This document shows positions 25,430 to 37,380 of a stretch of DNA of 64,000 nucleotides, one piece after another. The translations under genes and the position numbers were made by a program. The notes below the pieces were generated by a model. That model saw only the letters and a list, made by a program, of their open reading frames with translations. It had not been told where the DNA came from and did not search any database. Source of the DNA: Lama glama. Lineage: Eukaryota. The number at the start of each line of letters is the position of its first letter. The first letter of the stretch is position 1. The stretch is taken from positions 31,746,001 through 31,810,000 of the forward strand of contig CM052818.1 in NCBI GenBank assembly GCA_028534125.1, given 5' to 3'.

Positions 25430-25838
25430 AGCCCAAAGAAGCCATCTCATTCTTTGCTCCAAGATGTATAGATTAGATGTATATGTAATGTATAGATTGC
25501 ATTAACGGTATACATTCTCTCTGGTTTCTGATTGGTTTTAGCCAACAGAGAACCCAGTTAGTGAAAGAGAGTGAAGCCAGGGTATTGGCATTCCATGACT
25601 CCTTTCCTGTGGTTACCCTGGCCTAGTTAGCAACTTGACCCCACTCTTTCCTCCTGGAATCTGTTTATCTGACCCTCTCTCATACCTGTGGGTTTCTGCT
25701 AGCTCTGGATTCCCACACTGTCCTTTGAGGTTCTCTATATCTTTCCCATACCTTTGTAAATTAGTCCCTTGGTAAATAAGCCCTCTTTGCATTATCTAAT
25801 TTCAACATGCTATCCGTTTCCTGTTGGGATCTGTTACA
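25430..25838 (+). mobile_element. ERVL solo LTR, LTR33/LTR41-like
   Basis: Shares motifs with 6190-6746: 'ctggtttctgattggttttagccaa', 'ctttgtaaat', 'gctatccgtttcctgttggga'. Confidence 0.55.
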
Positions 25839-27786
25839 AAAACTCAGGCCTTGTCCTTAAGAAACACACAGTCTAGTAGGAGAGAGAGTTCCAGCCAAAT
25901 CACTTCTCATCAAAGGTAAACTGAAGACAACATGCTGATGGTCAGAGGAAGGTGTGATGTTTCAGATTACAGGTAGCTGGAGGGCCTTTTACTTTAGGCC
26001 TTTACTTTGGGCCTTCAAATTTACTTCAGGAAGTACAGGAATAAGAACTCTTAGTGAAGAGTTTCTTCACCATAATTACACTAATGGTGGAGCATCATTA
26101 CTGAAATGGCAATTGGGGCTTTGTTATTAAAGCTATACCCCACCAAAGTCTCTGTTACCTCATTCCAGAGCTTCTGCAGGAAACAGAAGTTCCCAGTCCC
26201 CACAGATGACAGGGATTCTCCTGGCTCTTGTTTTGCCAGAGTTTGTGCTTCAGACGGGAATGAGCTGAGCTTTAAGAGAAGGGAAGAAGGTGGAGGCAAG
26301 TGCTTGGCCTCCAAGAGGCTCAAGATGTTGAAACTGTCAGAGGAGAAAGAGGATTTTAGAACATCCCGTAAGACCAGGAGGGAAAGAAAAGTTCTTAGGG
26401 TCATCGGATAGGAGGCACCAGTGCGTAACTGGGGAAGGTACTGTGAGGAGGTGGCAGGATCTCAGGAGAGTGACTCCTCTGGGCACCCAGATAGGTTGGA
26501 TGTGGCACTCTGGACATTCAGCCTTGGCCATGAGCCTAGGACAAAGGAAATGCTCACTTTTGTGAAATTTTCTGGGCTTGGACAATGACCATATTTAAGT
26601 GATGGACCATGGACCATAGAGCCATTACTGAATGATACACACTATGCCAGATCCCTGGGAACTTTTCCAATCCTAGGTGAGGAAACTATGCCATAATAAT
26701 GACTACAGTTAAATTTCCTACCAATCCAATGGGATGGGGGCTCAGAAAAGATTAAACTTTATTTTAGGAGATAAAAGTATCATGAAATTTCTTATGTTCC
26801 ATTTTGTGGGATAAAATTCATACCTGCTACACATGGGAATTTCATCTAGGCCTACTAAGAATTCCATGACAGAACACATCTGTACCACAGATTGATTACT
26901 GCCCTAGCAGTGGGACAGACTGGTTTTGAGGAAATGGTTCTTTCTCTGTTGGAAAACTGGTAGATAGAGATGAGTGTGAACTCTCAGAAATCACAGCTGA
27001 TTTGGAAAACACCATGCGCTAGTGATAAAACTGAGTTTGAAAGAGTAGTTTAGAATGCTTTAAACCTCTGGGTCGAAACAGAGTGGCTTACACAATGTTT
27101 GGAAGGAAGATAACACAAATGTAGCTTTGTTAGATTATACGAATGATATTAATCTCTCTGAAATTCCCAAGAGGATACAAAGACATTTTCGACCCACAGA
27201 AGGAGAAATTTAAGGCCCTATCTCTGGTTTTATTTTTTAAAACAAACAAAATTTAACCCCACTCTGGGATAGAGAGACATCAGAGACTGATATCACCAGA
27301 ATCCCCAGTAAAAAGAAACTCTGAGTCATGATGGGTATAGAGCAGATGTCCATGGATGATTTTACTGGCAATCTTTCGAGCTGGGGCAATCTTTAAAACA
27401 GAAGGTAGACCACTGGAGAGAGGAAGAGGCCTGTACTTTATTTGATGAAACCATGGCTAAGAAGAGGTGGGCTGAGTGTGTATATGACAGCTACCTCCCG
27501 TGCTGTGCTCCGTAAAGAAAGGGGTTGTAGCCCGAGGCTCCAGCTTCCATCAAATGGGCCCAGAGAAGTCCAAATGAATATAGGGACCACCACGCCTAAG
27601 TTTGGCCCAGAGCCTAGGGCAGGGTGATGATTTAAAAGATGTAGAATGCATGGTTGGGCATTCTATTAGAAAGACTTATTCATGCAATAAAAATATTTAT
27701 TGAACACCTATTGTCTGCTAAATGCTTTTCTCGGTTTTGGGGATATAACAGTACAAAATAGGCAAAACATCCCTGCCCTCATGGAG

Positions 27787-29467
27787 TGTGGCAGATTGTA
27801 TTTTTCAAAAGTGACTCAATGTTGTTAAGATAGCAATTTTCCCAAATTTAATCTATAGGCTCAATGCAATCCCAGTCAAAATCTCAGCACGTTATTTTAT
27901 GGATATCAACAAACTGATCCTGAAGTTTATATGGAAGGGCATAGAGACTCAGGATAGACAACACAATACTAAAGAAGAACAAAGTTGGAGAACTGGTACT
28001 ATCTGACTTTAGCTGTCAGTAATCAAGACAGTATGGTATTCATGAAAAAATAGACAAATAGATCAATCGAAAAAATAGCCCAGAAATAGACTCACACAAA
28101 TACAGTTAACTCATCTTTGACAAAGAGTAAAGGCAGTTCAGTGGAGAAAGAATTGTATTTTCAACTAATGATGCTTGAACAACTAAACATTCACATACAA
28201 AAAAATTGAATATTGACACTGACCTTACACCTTACACAAAAGTTCATTCAAAATGGATCATAGGCCTAAATGTAAAATATAAAGCTTACAGAAGGTAACA
28301 AAGGAGAAAATCTAGTGGCCTTGGGTTTGGTGATAACTTTTTAATACAACACCAAAAGTAGAATCCATGTAAGAAAATAATTGATAAACTGGAGTTTACT
28401 AAAACTTAAAACTCCTGGTTTGTAAAAGACACTGTAAAGAGAGTAAGAAGTAGAGATAATGATGGAAAAAATGTCTGCAAAACACATATCTGATAAAAGA
28501 CTTGAGTCCAAAATATGCAAAGAACTCTTCAAACTCAACAGTAAGAAAACAAACAACCCAATTAGAAAATGGGCAAAAGATTTGAAGAAACATCTCAGTA
28601 AAGAAGATACACTTAAGGAAAATATGTGAAAAGATGCCCAAAGTCAGATGTTATCAGGGTATTAAAAATTAAAACAACAATGAGATATCACTACACACCT
28701 ATTAGAATGGGTAAAATCCAAAAAAACTGACAACATTGAATGCTGAGAGGAACAACAGGAGCTCCTGTTTATTGCTGGTGAAAATGCAAAACGCTACAGT
28801 TTGGCAGTTTATTTCAAAGCTAAACAGAGTCTTACCATATGATTCAGTAATTATGCTCCTAGATATTTACTAAAATGAGTTGAACTCTTATGTTCACATG
28901 AAAACCTACCAGTGAATGTTCATAGCAGCTTTATTCATAATTGCTCCAAACTGGAAGCAACCAAGATGTCCTTCAAAAGGTGAATGGATAAACAAGTAGT
29001 GGTATATTCATACAACAAAATACTATTTGGTGATGAAAAGAAATGAGCTCTCTGGCCAAGAAAAGACATGGAGGAAACTTAAATGCATTTTCTTAGTGAA
29101 AGAAGCCAGTCTGAGAGGGCTGTATTACTGTATGATTCCTACTACATGACATTCTGGAAAAGTCACCATATTGTAAGGCAGTCTCAGCTAAATAGAGACA
29201 TCATATGATGCTATTCCAAACAATAATGCCAGCTAATGTCCCAGATAACAGCATCAACTACCAGACATATGAGTAATTCTAGCCTCCTGATGTCAAGACA
29301 CCCTCAGCCTTCTAATCTTCCAGCTGAGGACCCAGATACCATGAGCAGAGGCAAACCATCCCCACTTTGCCTTGTCTGAAATCCTGACCCACAGAATTCA
29401 TGAGCATAATAAATGCTTGTTTTGTATCTTTAAATTGTGGAATAATCTCTAATGAATGACTGGAACA
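27787..29467 (+). mobile_element. MaLR LTR (MLT1F/G-like) split by an L1 insertion
   Basis: Start 'tgtggcagattgtatttttcaaaag'; 3' part 'tcctgacccacagaattcatgagcataataaatg...ggaaca'. Confidence 0.7.
27816..29165 (+). mobile_element. L1 (L1MC/MD-type) ORF2 3' part, decayed
   Basis: 'aatgcaatcccagtcaaaatc', 'gagatatcactacacacctattagaatgg', 'tggaagcaaccaagatgtccttc'. Confidence 0.9.
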
Positions 29468-29571
29468 TTTTATCGCATATTCTAGCTACCATTTCATTGG
29501 TAGAAAATTAATTCTTACATGGTGGCTATCAAGGAAGATGCGGAAATAAAAATATTTAGAAATGAAAAGAG

Positions 29572-31303
29572 TAGGAGGGTTCCCTTTTCTCCACGCCCTC
29601 TCCAGCATTTATAATTTGTGGACTTTCTAATGATGGCTCTTTTGACCAGTGTGAGGTGATAATATCATTGTAGTTTTGATTTGCATTTCTCTGATTATTA
29701 GCAATATTGAGCATCTTTTAAAAAACTGAAATGTAGTTGGTTTACAATGTTGTGTTAATTTCTGGCATATAGCATAGTTATTCAGTTATACATATATATT
29801 TCTTTTCATATTCTTTTTTTCTTGAAGTATAGTCAGTTTAGAGTGTTGTGTTAATTATTAGTGTACAGCATAGTGTTTCAGTCATACATGTACATACATA
29901 TATTCCTTTTTATATTCTTTTTCATTATAGGTTACTACAAGATAGTGAATATAGTTCCCTGTGCTATACAGAAGAGAGTTGTTTTCCATGCTGTTTTTTG
30001 GCTGCACCAAACTACATTCCCAACAGCAGTGTAGGAGGGTTCCCTTTTCTCCACACCCTCTCCAGGATTTATTGGTTGTATTTTTTAATGATGGCCCTTA
30101 TGCCTCATGTGAGGTGAGACCTCATTGTAGTTTTGATTTGCATTTCTCTAAGCATTAGCAGTAGTGACCATTTTTTCATGTGCCATTTGTACGTCTTCAT
30201 TGGAGAAATGTTTGTTTAGATTTTTCTGCCCATTTTTTGGATTGGGTTGCTTATTTTTTTGTTATTGAGTTGTGTCAGCTGTTTGTATATTCTGGAAATT
30301 AAGCCCTTGTCAGTCACATCATTTGCAAGTATTTTCTCCCATTGAGTAGGTTGTCTTCTCGTTTTATTTATAGTTTCATTGGCTGTTCAAAAGCTTGTAA
30401 GTTTAATTAGGTCCCATTTGTTTATTTTTGCTTTTATTTCTCTTGACTTTGTAGATTGCCCTAGGAGAACACTGCCATGACTTGTATCAGAGAGTGTTTT
30501 GCCTTTGTTCTCTTCTAGGAGGTTTATGGTGTCTTGTCTTATGTTTGAGTCTTAAGCCATTTTGAGGGTTTTTTTGTGTATGATGTGGGAATGTAGTTTG
30601 GTGCAGCCATTATGGAAAACAGCCTAGAGAGTCCTTAAAAAACTAAAAATAGACTTACCCTATGATCCAGCAATCCCACTCCTGGGCATATATCTGCAGG
30701 AAGCTCTATTTCAAAAAATATACATGCACCCCAATGTTCACAGCAGCACTATTTACAATAGCCAAGACATGGAAGCAACCTAAATGTCCATTGACAGATG
30801 ATTGGATAAAGAAGTTGTGGTGTCTATATACAATGGAATACTGCTTAGCAATTAAAAATGAAATAATGCCATTTGCAGCAACATGGATGGAACTAGAGAT
30901 TATTATACTAAGTGAAGTAAGCCAGGAAGAGAAATAAAAATGCCATATGATATCACTTACATGTAGAATCTAAAAAAATGACACAGGTGAACTTATTTAC
31001 AAAACAAACAGACTCACAGACATAGAAAACAAACTTACTGTTATCAGTGGGGAAAGGGAGTGGGAAGGGATAAAATGGAAGTGTGAGATTTGCAAATACT
31101 AACTACTATATATATAATATAGATAAACTATAAGGTCCTAATGTATAGCACAGGGAACTATATTCAATATCTTATAACCTATAATGAAAAAAATAGGAAA
31201 AGAAATATATAGATATATGTATAACTGAATAACTATGCTGAACATCAGAAACTAACTCAACATTGTAAATTGATATACTTCAATTAAAATTTTTTTTTAA
31301 ATT
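29572..31303 (+). mobile_element. Twin-primed L1 (inverted part about 29572-30585, direct part about 30586-31303) with further nested L1 pieces
   Basis: ORF2 end KYTCTPMFTAALFTIAKTWKQPKCP; canonical 3'UTR; TSD-like gaaat(g)aaaagag at 29559-29571 and 31304-31315. Confidence 0.85.
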
Positions 31304-31390
31304 GAAATAAAAGAGGTTTACTTGCAAATAAGTGCAAGATAGTCAGAAGAACTGTCCTTCCAAATTAAAAAACGAACAAAGTTAATTCTT

Positions 31391-31903
31391 ATGTTAGTTT
31401 CCTGTGGCTGCTGTAACAAACTATCAAAAACAGTGGCTTAAAACACCAATTTATTATCTTGATTCCTGGAGGTCAGAAGTCCAAGATGGGTCTCCCTAAG
31501 CTAAAATCAAGAATTCAGGGAGACTGCATTCCTTCTGGAGGCTCTAGAAGAGAATCTGTTTTCTTGTCTTTTTTCTACCTTCTCACTCCAGCCCACATTC
31601 CTTGGCTCATGGATGCATTCTTTTCTCTTCAAAGCCAGCAACATTGGGCTAAGTCTTTCTCATGCTGCTGTCTCTCTGGTTCTCCCTTTTATGCTTCCCT
31701 CTTCAACTTAATAAGGGCTTTTGTAATTTGATTGGGACCACCTGTAGTAAAATCCAGGCTGAAGTTCCCATTTCAGAGTCAGCTAATTAGCAACCTTAAT
31801 TCCATCTGCAACTTTAATTCTCTTTTGCTCTATATCCTTACATATCACAGGTTCTGGGGATTAAGACATAAACATCTTTGGGGACCATTATTCTACCTAC
31901 CAA
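31391..31903 (-). mobile_element. MaLR solo LTR, MLT1D-like
   Basis: 'ttagtttcctgtggctgctgtaacaaa...ggaggtcagaagtccaa...catctttggggaccattattctacctacca'. Confidence 0.85.
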
Positions 31904-32169
31904 AGTTTCAAACTGGCTTTACAATTGGTGGATGGATATTTCCATTTTCTAAAGTGGTTGAGAGTGTTTTCACACTCTTTTGTATTCATCTACAAACTTT
32001 GCATTTGATAGGTTCTCAATAAATGTTAATTGATTTACTCCCCCTCCAAACAAAGTGCAAGTAGGAAAGTAAGCATATTCACATACAAATTATGATGTTC
32101 TGTGGAGAAAGAATAATTAAAATGACGCGTAGAGCATTCTGAAACCCACGTGGGATGCAGAAACCTGCC

Positions 32170-32370
32170 CTTCTTGTTCTGGTTTATCTCATTGAACTCT
32201 TAGAGTAACTTAGTGAAGTAGATGGGATAGATCTGTTATCTGTATTTTACAGATGGGAAAGGAAGTTGCAAGGAAGGTGAATGACATCTCTGAAGTTACC
32301 CAGGGGTCACTATAGAGCCATCCTTGAGCTTTGTCTCATGTTTCCAAATCTAATGCTTTTTGCTTATACA
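32170..32370 (-). mobile_element. MIR SINE
   Basis: 'tatctgtattttacagatgggaaa' reverse core. Confidence 0.65.
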
Positions 32371-32705
32371 TTCTGATGCTCAAGAATCCCCTTGGCCTCT
32401 TCATGGGAAGGTGAATTTCTGGCATGTGTCAAAATCTTATATTTGCTTTTGTTTTCCCCTTTTCATCCTTTCCTTGCCTAAGGGATTTCTGTTTTACCCA
32501 CTCTGTCCTATGCTTTCATTTGTAGCCTGTTATTCATATGAAGCTTGATTTTTCGGGGTGTTGTTAGGGACCAGCCAAGGAAAGCCAGCACAGAGCAGCC
32601 GTGTGAACTTTTTGTCTGTTCTCTCCTCTATTGCATGCAGATGCTCTAAATTTTATGCTTTTATACCATTGTGTTTGGACTGGCAACAGCTGATGAAGTC
32701 TGAAC

Positions 32706-33440
32706 TTTTTTTTTTTAAAGACCTTTATTGTGGTGTGGTTCCGGCATAGTAAACTACACATATTTCAGATACACAATTTGATGGATTTTGATAGATATGT
32801 ACACTCATGAAGCCACCACCACAATCAAGATACCTAACATTTCCATCACTCCCCAAGAGGTGCAGTTTTAGAATTCCCAGTTTATCCCTTCCCACTCCGT
32901 TTACCCCCTGGTAACCATAAGTTTGTTCTCTGTCTGTGCGTCTGTTTCTGTTTTGTAAGTTAAGTTCATTTGTGTCCTTTTTTTTAGATTCCACATGTAA
33001 GCGACATCATTTTACTTTTTTTCTGGCTTACTTCACTTAGAATGACGATCTCCAGGTCCATCCATCTTGCTGCAAATGGTATTATTTTATTCTTTTTTAT
33101 AGTTGAATAGTGTTCCATTGTATATATATATATGTGTATATATATATATACACATTGTATATATATATGTGTGTATATATATATATATATATACACCACA
33201 TCTTCTTTATCCAGTCATCTGTCAATGGACATTTGGGTTGATTCCATGTCTTGGTGTAAATAGTACTGCTATGATCATTGGGGTGCATGTGTCTTTTTGA
33301 ATTATATTTTTCTCTGGAAATATGCCCAGGAGTGGGATTGTTGGATCATATGGTAACTTTATTTTCAGTTTTTTAAGGAACCTCCATACTGCCCTTCATA
33401 GTGGTTGCACCAATTTACATTCCCACCAACAGTGTAGGAA
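32706..33440 (-). mobile_element. 5'-truncated L1 with variant tail, copy 3, with internal (TA)n
   Basis: Poly-T at 32706; AATAAA on the minus strand; ORF2-end peptide KTWNQPKCPLTDDWIKKMW. Confidence 0.9.
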
Positions 33441-34089
33441 GGAGAGTAAAACATTCTTATAGTCTCAGTAAATGACTTAATTAGAAAGTGATTGTCAGTG
33501 TTCTTCCCTGAATGGTACATGGTCCTAAGGCTGATTTATTTGGCCTGGATCAGCACCTTGGGGGCATGGGAGTCAGATCAGTTCTTGGAGGTTTTGGTAT
33601 CCCAGGTCCCATTGTAGAGTCCAGAATGGACATGAGTCCCTAAGCCCTAACCCTGAGCTCCAGTCTTCCTACCAGTGTAGTTGCAGGTACAACTCTTAAT
33701 TTCCTAGTTGCCCATCAAGTTATGATCAAACTTCCAAGGGTCTTTTAGGATTGTCAAGGAGCAGAGAGAGCCAAAGTCACCAACAGCTCTCTCATTGGAG
33801 CATTCACTAATATGACCATCCAGCTAGCTATTTAAAAATATTTATGGACATATTTAGAGAAGTGGAATTGTTCAAGACTACTCAGCCTGTTCACAGCAGA
33901 GATGGGATTAGAACCCAGTCAACTTCCCCAGCTATACTCATGACCATCATCAAACTGTTAACAGAGAACATTATGGCAAGATGATGTGCTCAGGCTATGA
34001 GGGCTGCTCATCTCCATCAGCCCTCAGATGCCATTTTCTAAACATTTTCAAATTCAGTGGTTTGTTGACATTGGGAGATACCAAAGTAC

Positions 34090-34310
34090 AGAGCAAAAGA
34101 CGGAGGTTGGAGTGAGATTAGGATTTGCATTATAGCTCTATCAGGTATTAGCTGTGTGCAAGTAAGTTAAATAATTCTGAATCTTACTCTCTTTGTCTAA
34201 GAAAATATAAGTGTCCTTCTAAGACCATTGTGAGGAATAAATGATATGGTTCACGTGAAAACATGTAATGAAGTATGTGACACACAGCAAGTGCTCAGTA
34301 AATACCTGAT
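34090..34310 (+). mobile_element. MIR SINE
   Basis: 'tattagctgtgtgcaagtaagttaaat...ttgtgaggaataaatga...cacacagcaagtgctcagtaaat'. Confidence 0.7.
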
Positions 34311-35424
34311 TCCTTCTAACTGTCTGCAGTGTATTTAGCTACAACTCAGCCCTGTTCCTGAGGAAGAAGACACTAAGGGTAGGTAAGGCTTTCTGGTAAC
34401 TGACATTATAGTCTTTGTTCTGCTTGGGTAAGATGCAGCCTAATTTTGTACATTGTTTTTATTTACATCCATAAAAATGTGGGTAGTAAAGCCTACTTCT
34501 CCTAACCTCATGAGGTTTAGTGAATGCGCCAAGCTCCTAGAACTGAAGAATCTGTAGAATGATTAGAAGAAGAAAGAGGCTCAGCTCCTTAATATCATTG
34601 TGCCAGTGTGTAGAAAATAAGCAACCAAGCAACTTGCCAATGATCAAGAACTGTAAATGTTTTAGAATAAAACAAAGTTAGAATTGGTCAAAAAGCATTT
34701 GATTAATGGCTCCAGGGATTGAAATCATTTATCAACATAGTTACTACTGTTAATAGACATGTATTGAATAACAGCTATGGTCTGGGCTGGCTGCAAAAAA
34801 GAATATTTAAACACAACCTCTCCCCAGTGTCTGCAATTAAAGGAGATTGAAAAACAAGTCAAGCACACATAAATGGAAAATGTACTAAGGGGAGAAAGGG
34901 GTGGGATTAGACTCAGTGTGAATCAGGAGACCTCCTGAGCACTGCATTGCTGTAGGACTTAACGTCTGAGAAAAGAAGAGGGAACTAGTTCAAAAGAAAG
35001 CAGTGAAAAAAATAAAGTGAGCTCTGAAAGAAGGTTCAATGCTTCGGGTTGATTCCCCTCTAGAAGAAAAAGTTCAGGTTTATGAGACTCCAGCTGTCTA
35101 TTGCACACATGCACATCCATCCTCCTCTCAGCTATTTCCTTCTCTTCCCCTCTGCACTCCTTGTGGTCAATTTCCAGTTTAACCAGCCTGCAAGTCCTCT
35201 GAGGACAAGAATCATATTTGTCTTTGAATGTCAATCCACTGGTGTTTGTACAGAGTTAGGTGCCTGCTGCTTGTTTATGGACTGTTGAGTGATTAGAAGG
35301 GAGGATGGTTGTAGAGTGGCAAGGCCACAGCTGGCTCAGAGGAATGAGAAAGGATGGTTGGTTGTCACTACTCAAAAAAGTGTTCTGACAAATTAGCGGG
35401 AAGGATAGTGGTTTGGATTTTGTA

Positions 35425-35961
35425 CTGTATATATGTTGGTTGCTCACCCAACATCTGCTGCTGCCTCCCCCATCTTTTTAATAACACAGTTTCCTTTCTG
35501 TGGCTGAGATGGGGATTGCTTCACCTTCAGCCAGTCAATGTAATCTCATCTTCCTTGCCTGAGTGTTGGTCTAAGGCCAAGTGATAACCCAGGCCTAAGC
35601 TAATTATAATTACTGCATGGACATACCTTGGCCACTCTGATTCTTTCAGGTTGGTTCAAATCAGAGTGAAGATTATTAGTCTGCTCCATTTTGGAGAAGA
35701 GAAGTTTCGTGTCTCTGTGGATGATGGAGAACATAAATATTGTGTTGGAATCACTGTAATCACTTTGCTTTGGTCAGAGATAAAGCATGTACATGAATAA
35801 GGTTGAAACCTGAGAAATGGAACACAATTCTGAATTAAACTGCACGGAAGACAGCTCTACATTGTGCTTCTTTGTATGAATTGATAGATTTCCTTCATGT
35901 TTAAGTCAGTTTGATTTGGATTTTATTAATATTCATAACACAATGCATGCTAAGTGATAAC
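35425..35961 (+). mobile_element. Old MaLR LTR (MLT1J/K-like)
   Basis: End 'ttccttcatgtttaagtcagtttgatttggatttt...ctaagtgataaca'. Confidence 0.55.
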
Positions 35962-35999
35962 AGCTGTAATTCTGCTATCAAACTTGGAAGCTGAGAGAT

Positions 36000-36170
36000 A
36001 GTGGCATGGTGGTTAGGAGTTCAGCTCTGGCTCCACCACTCCATCACCATCTCTGACAATAGACAAGTTACCTTCTGAGACTCAGTATTTTTCATATGTA
36101 GAATAAAGGAAGGATAATAGGCTTGTGAGGATTAAATGAGATAATGCATATACATTGAGAGCATATAATG
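36000..36170 (+). mobile_element. MIR SINE
   Basis: 'caagttaccttctgagactcagt...ttgtgaggattaaatgagataatgcat'. Confidence 0.75.
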
Positions 36171-36397
36171 AGAGTTCAGAGGAGAGTAGCACAACAGTAC
36201 TGACATGAACTACACAACCTTGAAGGGTCCTATCTGGGATTTGGAGTATAAAATGACATGTCCTGTGTTACAACTGAACTTTCTTGTCACATTTCTCTTA
36301 ATTACACTCAGTCGCCCTAAGTTCTTTGTGTCTACTTAGAAGGTCAAGTCAACTCAGACGGTTAATTATTAATACCAACACTGTCTGTTTTATTCAT

Positions 36398-36924
36398 TGT
36401 ATTTTAGTTAGAGTTCTCCAGAGAAACAGAATCTGAAGGGGATGGAGATAGAGATATACAGATGTCTGTCTCTGTCCCTACCCACCCACATATATATATA
36501 AGAATTTTATATATATATATATATATGAACTTGGATAACACAATTATGGAGACTGAAAAGCCCCAAGATCTGCAGTCAGCAAGCTGGAGTCCCAGGAAAG
36601 GAAAGGTGTAAATTCCAGGCTGGGTGGAAGGCTAGAGATACCAGGATTGCTGATGGTGTAAGTTCTGGTCCAAGGGCAGGAGAAAACTGATGTCCCAACT
36701 CAAGCCAGCAGAAAGATGAAGTTCCCTCCTATTCAACCTTTTTGTTCTATTCAGACCTTCAACTGATTAGATGAGGTCCACCCACATTAGGGAGGGCAAT
36801 GTGTTTTACTCAGTCTACCATTTCAAATGTTAATCTCATCCGCCCTCACAGACACACCCAGAATAATGTTTGACCAAATATCTGGGTACCCTGTGATATA
36901 GTTGTTATAAAATTAACCATTATA
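36398..36924 (-). mobile_element. ERVL solo LTR, MLT2-like
   Basis: 'ttagttagagttctccagagaaacagaa...cccacattagggagggcaat...cacacccagaataatgtttgacc...aaaattaaccat'. Confidence 0.9.
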
Positions 36925-37149
36925 CTTATTAATCCAAAAATATTTATTGAATACCTCCTGTGTGCTAGGTATTGTTCTAGGTACTGGGGATATGGGAGTA
37001 GAAAAGGAAGATGAGAGAGAGAAAAGAGAAGAGTGGAGGAGAGAAGAGACAGAGAGGAAGAAGGAAAGGAAGGAGGGAGAGAATGAAGGGAGGGAGAAAT
37101 GGAGAAAGAAGGGAAGGAAATCCCTGCTCTCATGAAGGTGTTTTTTGGT

Positions 37150-37380
37150 GAAAGTTTCTTCATAGTTTAGTGAGTTCTTTCTCTTTATTGTCTCATTTAA
37201 TCTTCATAATAATCCTGTGAGCTTATTTTGACAAGTATTATATCTTTACTGTACAAAGGAGAAGATAGAGACACAGATTAATTTGTTTACTTGGCCAAGG
37301 TCACAGAGCTCCTAAGCAGTAGAAACAAGACTAGAATTAAAATCTCCTGAATCCAGTGTAATGCCATTTTCACTATACTG
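37150..37380 (-). mobile_element. MIR SINE
   Basis: 'tctcatttaatcttcataataatcctgtgag...acttggccaaggtcacagagc'. Confidence 0.8.

Noticed and set aside
26081..26411. Antiparallel 107-aa and 101-aa ORFs in non-repeat DNA
   Set aside because: No recognisable protein family or splice context; ORFs of this length are expected by chance in 64 kb
33549..33569. Possible REST/NRSE site (tcagcaccttggggg)
   Set aside because: Only the left half matches; the GGACAG half is absent
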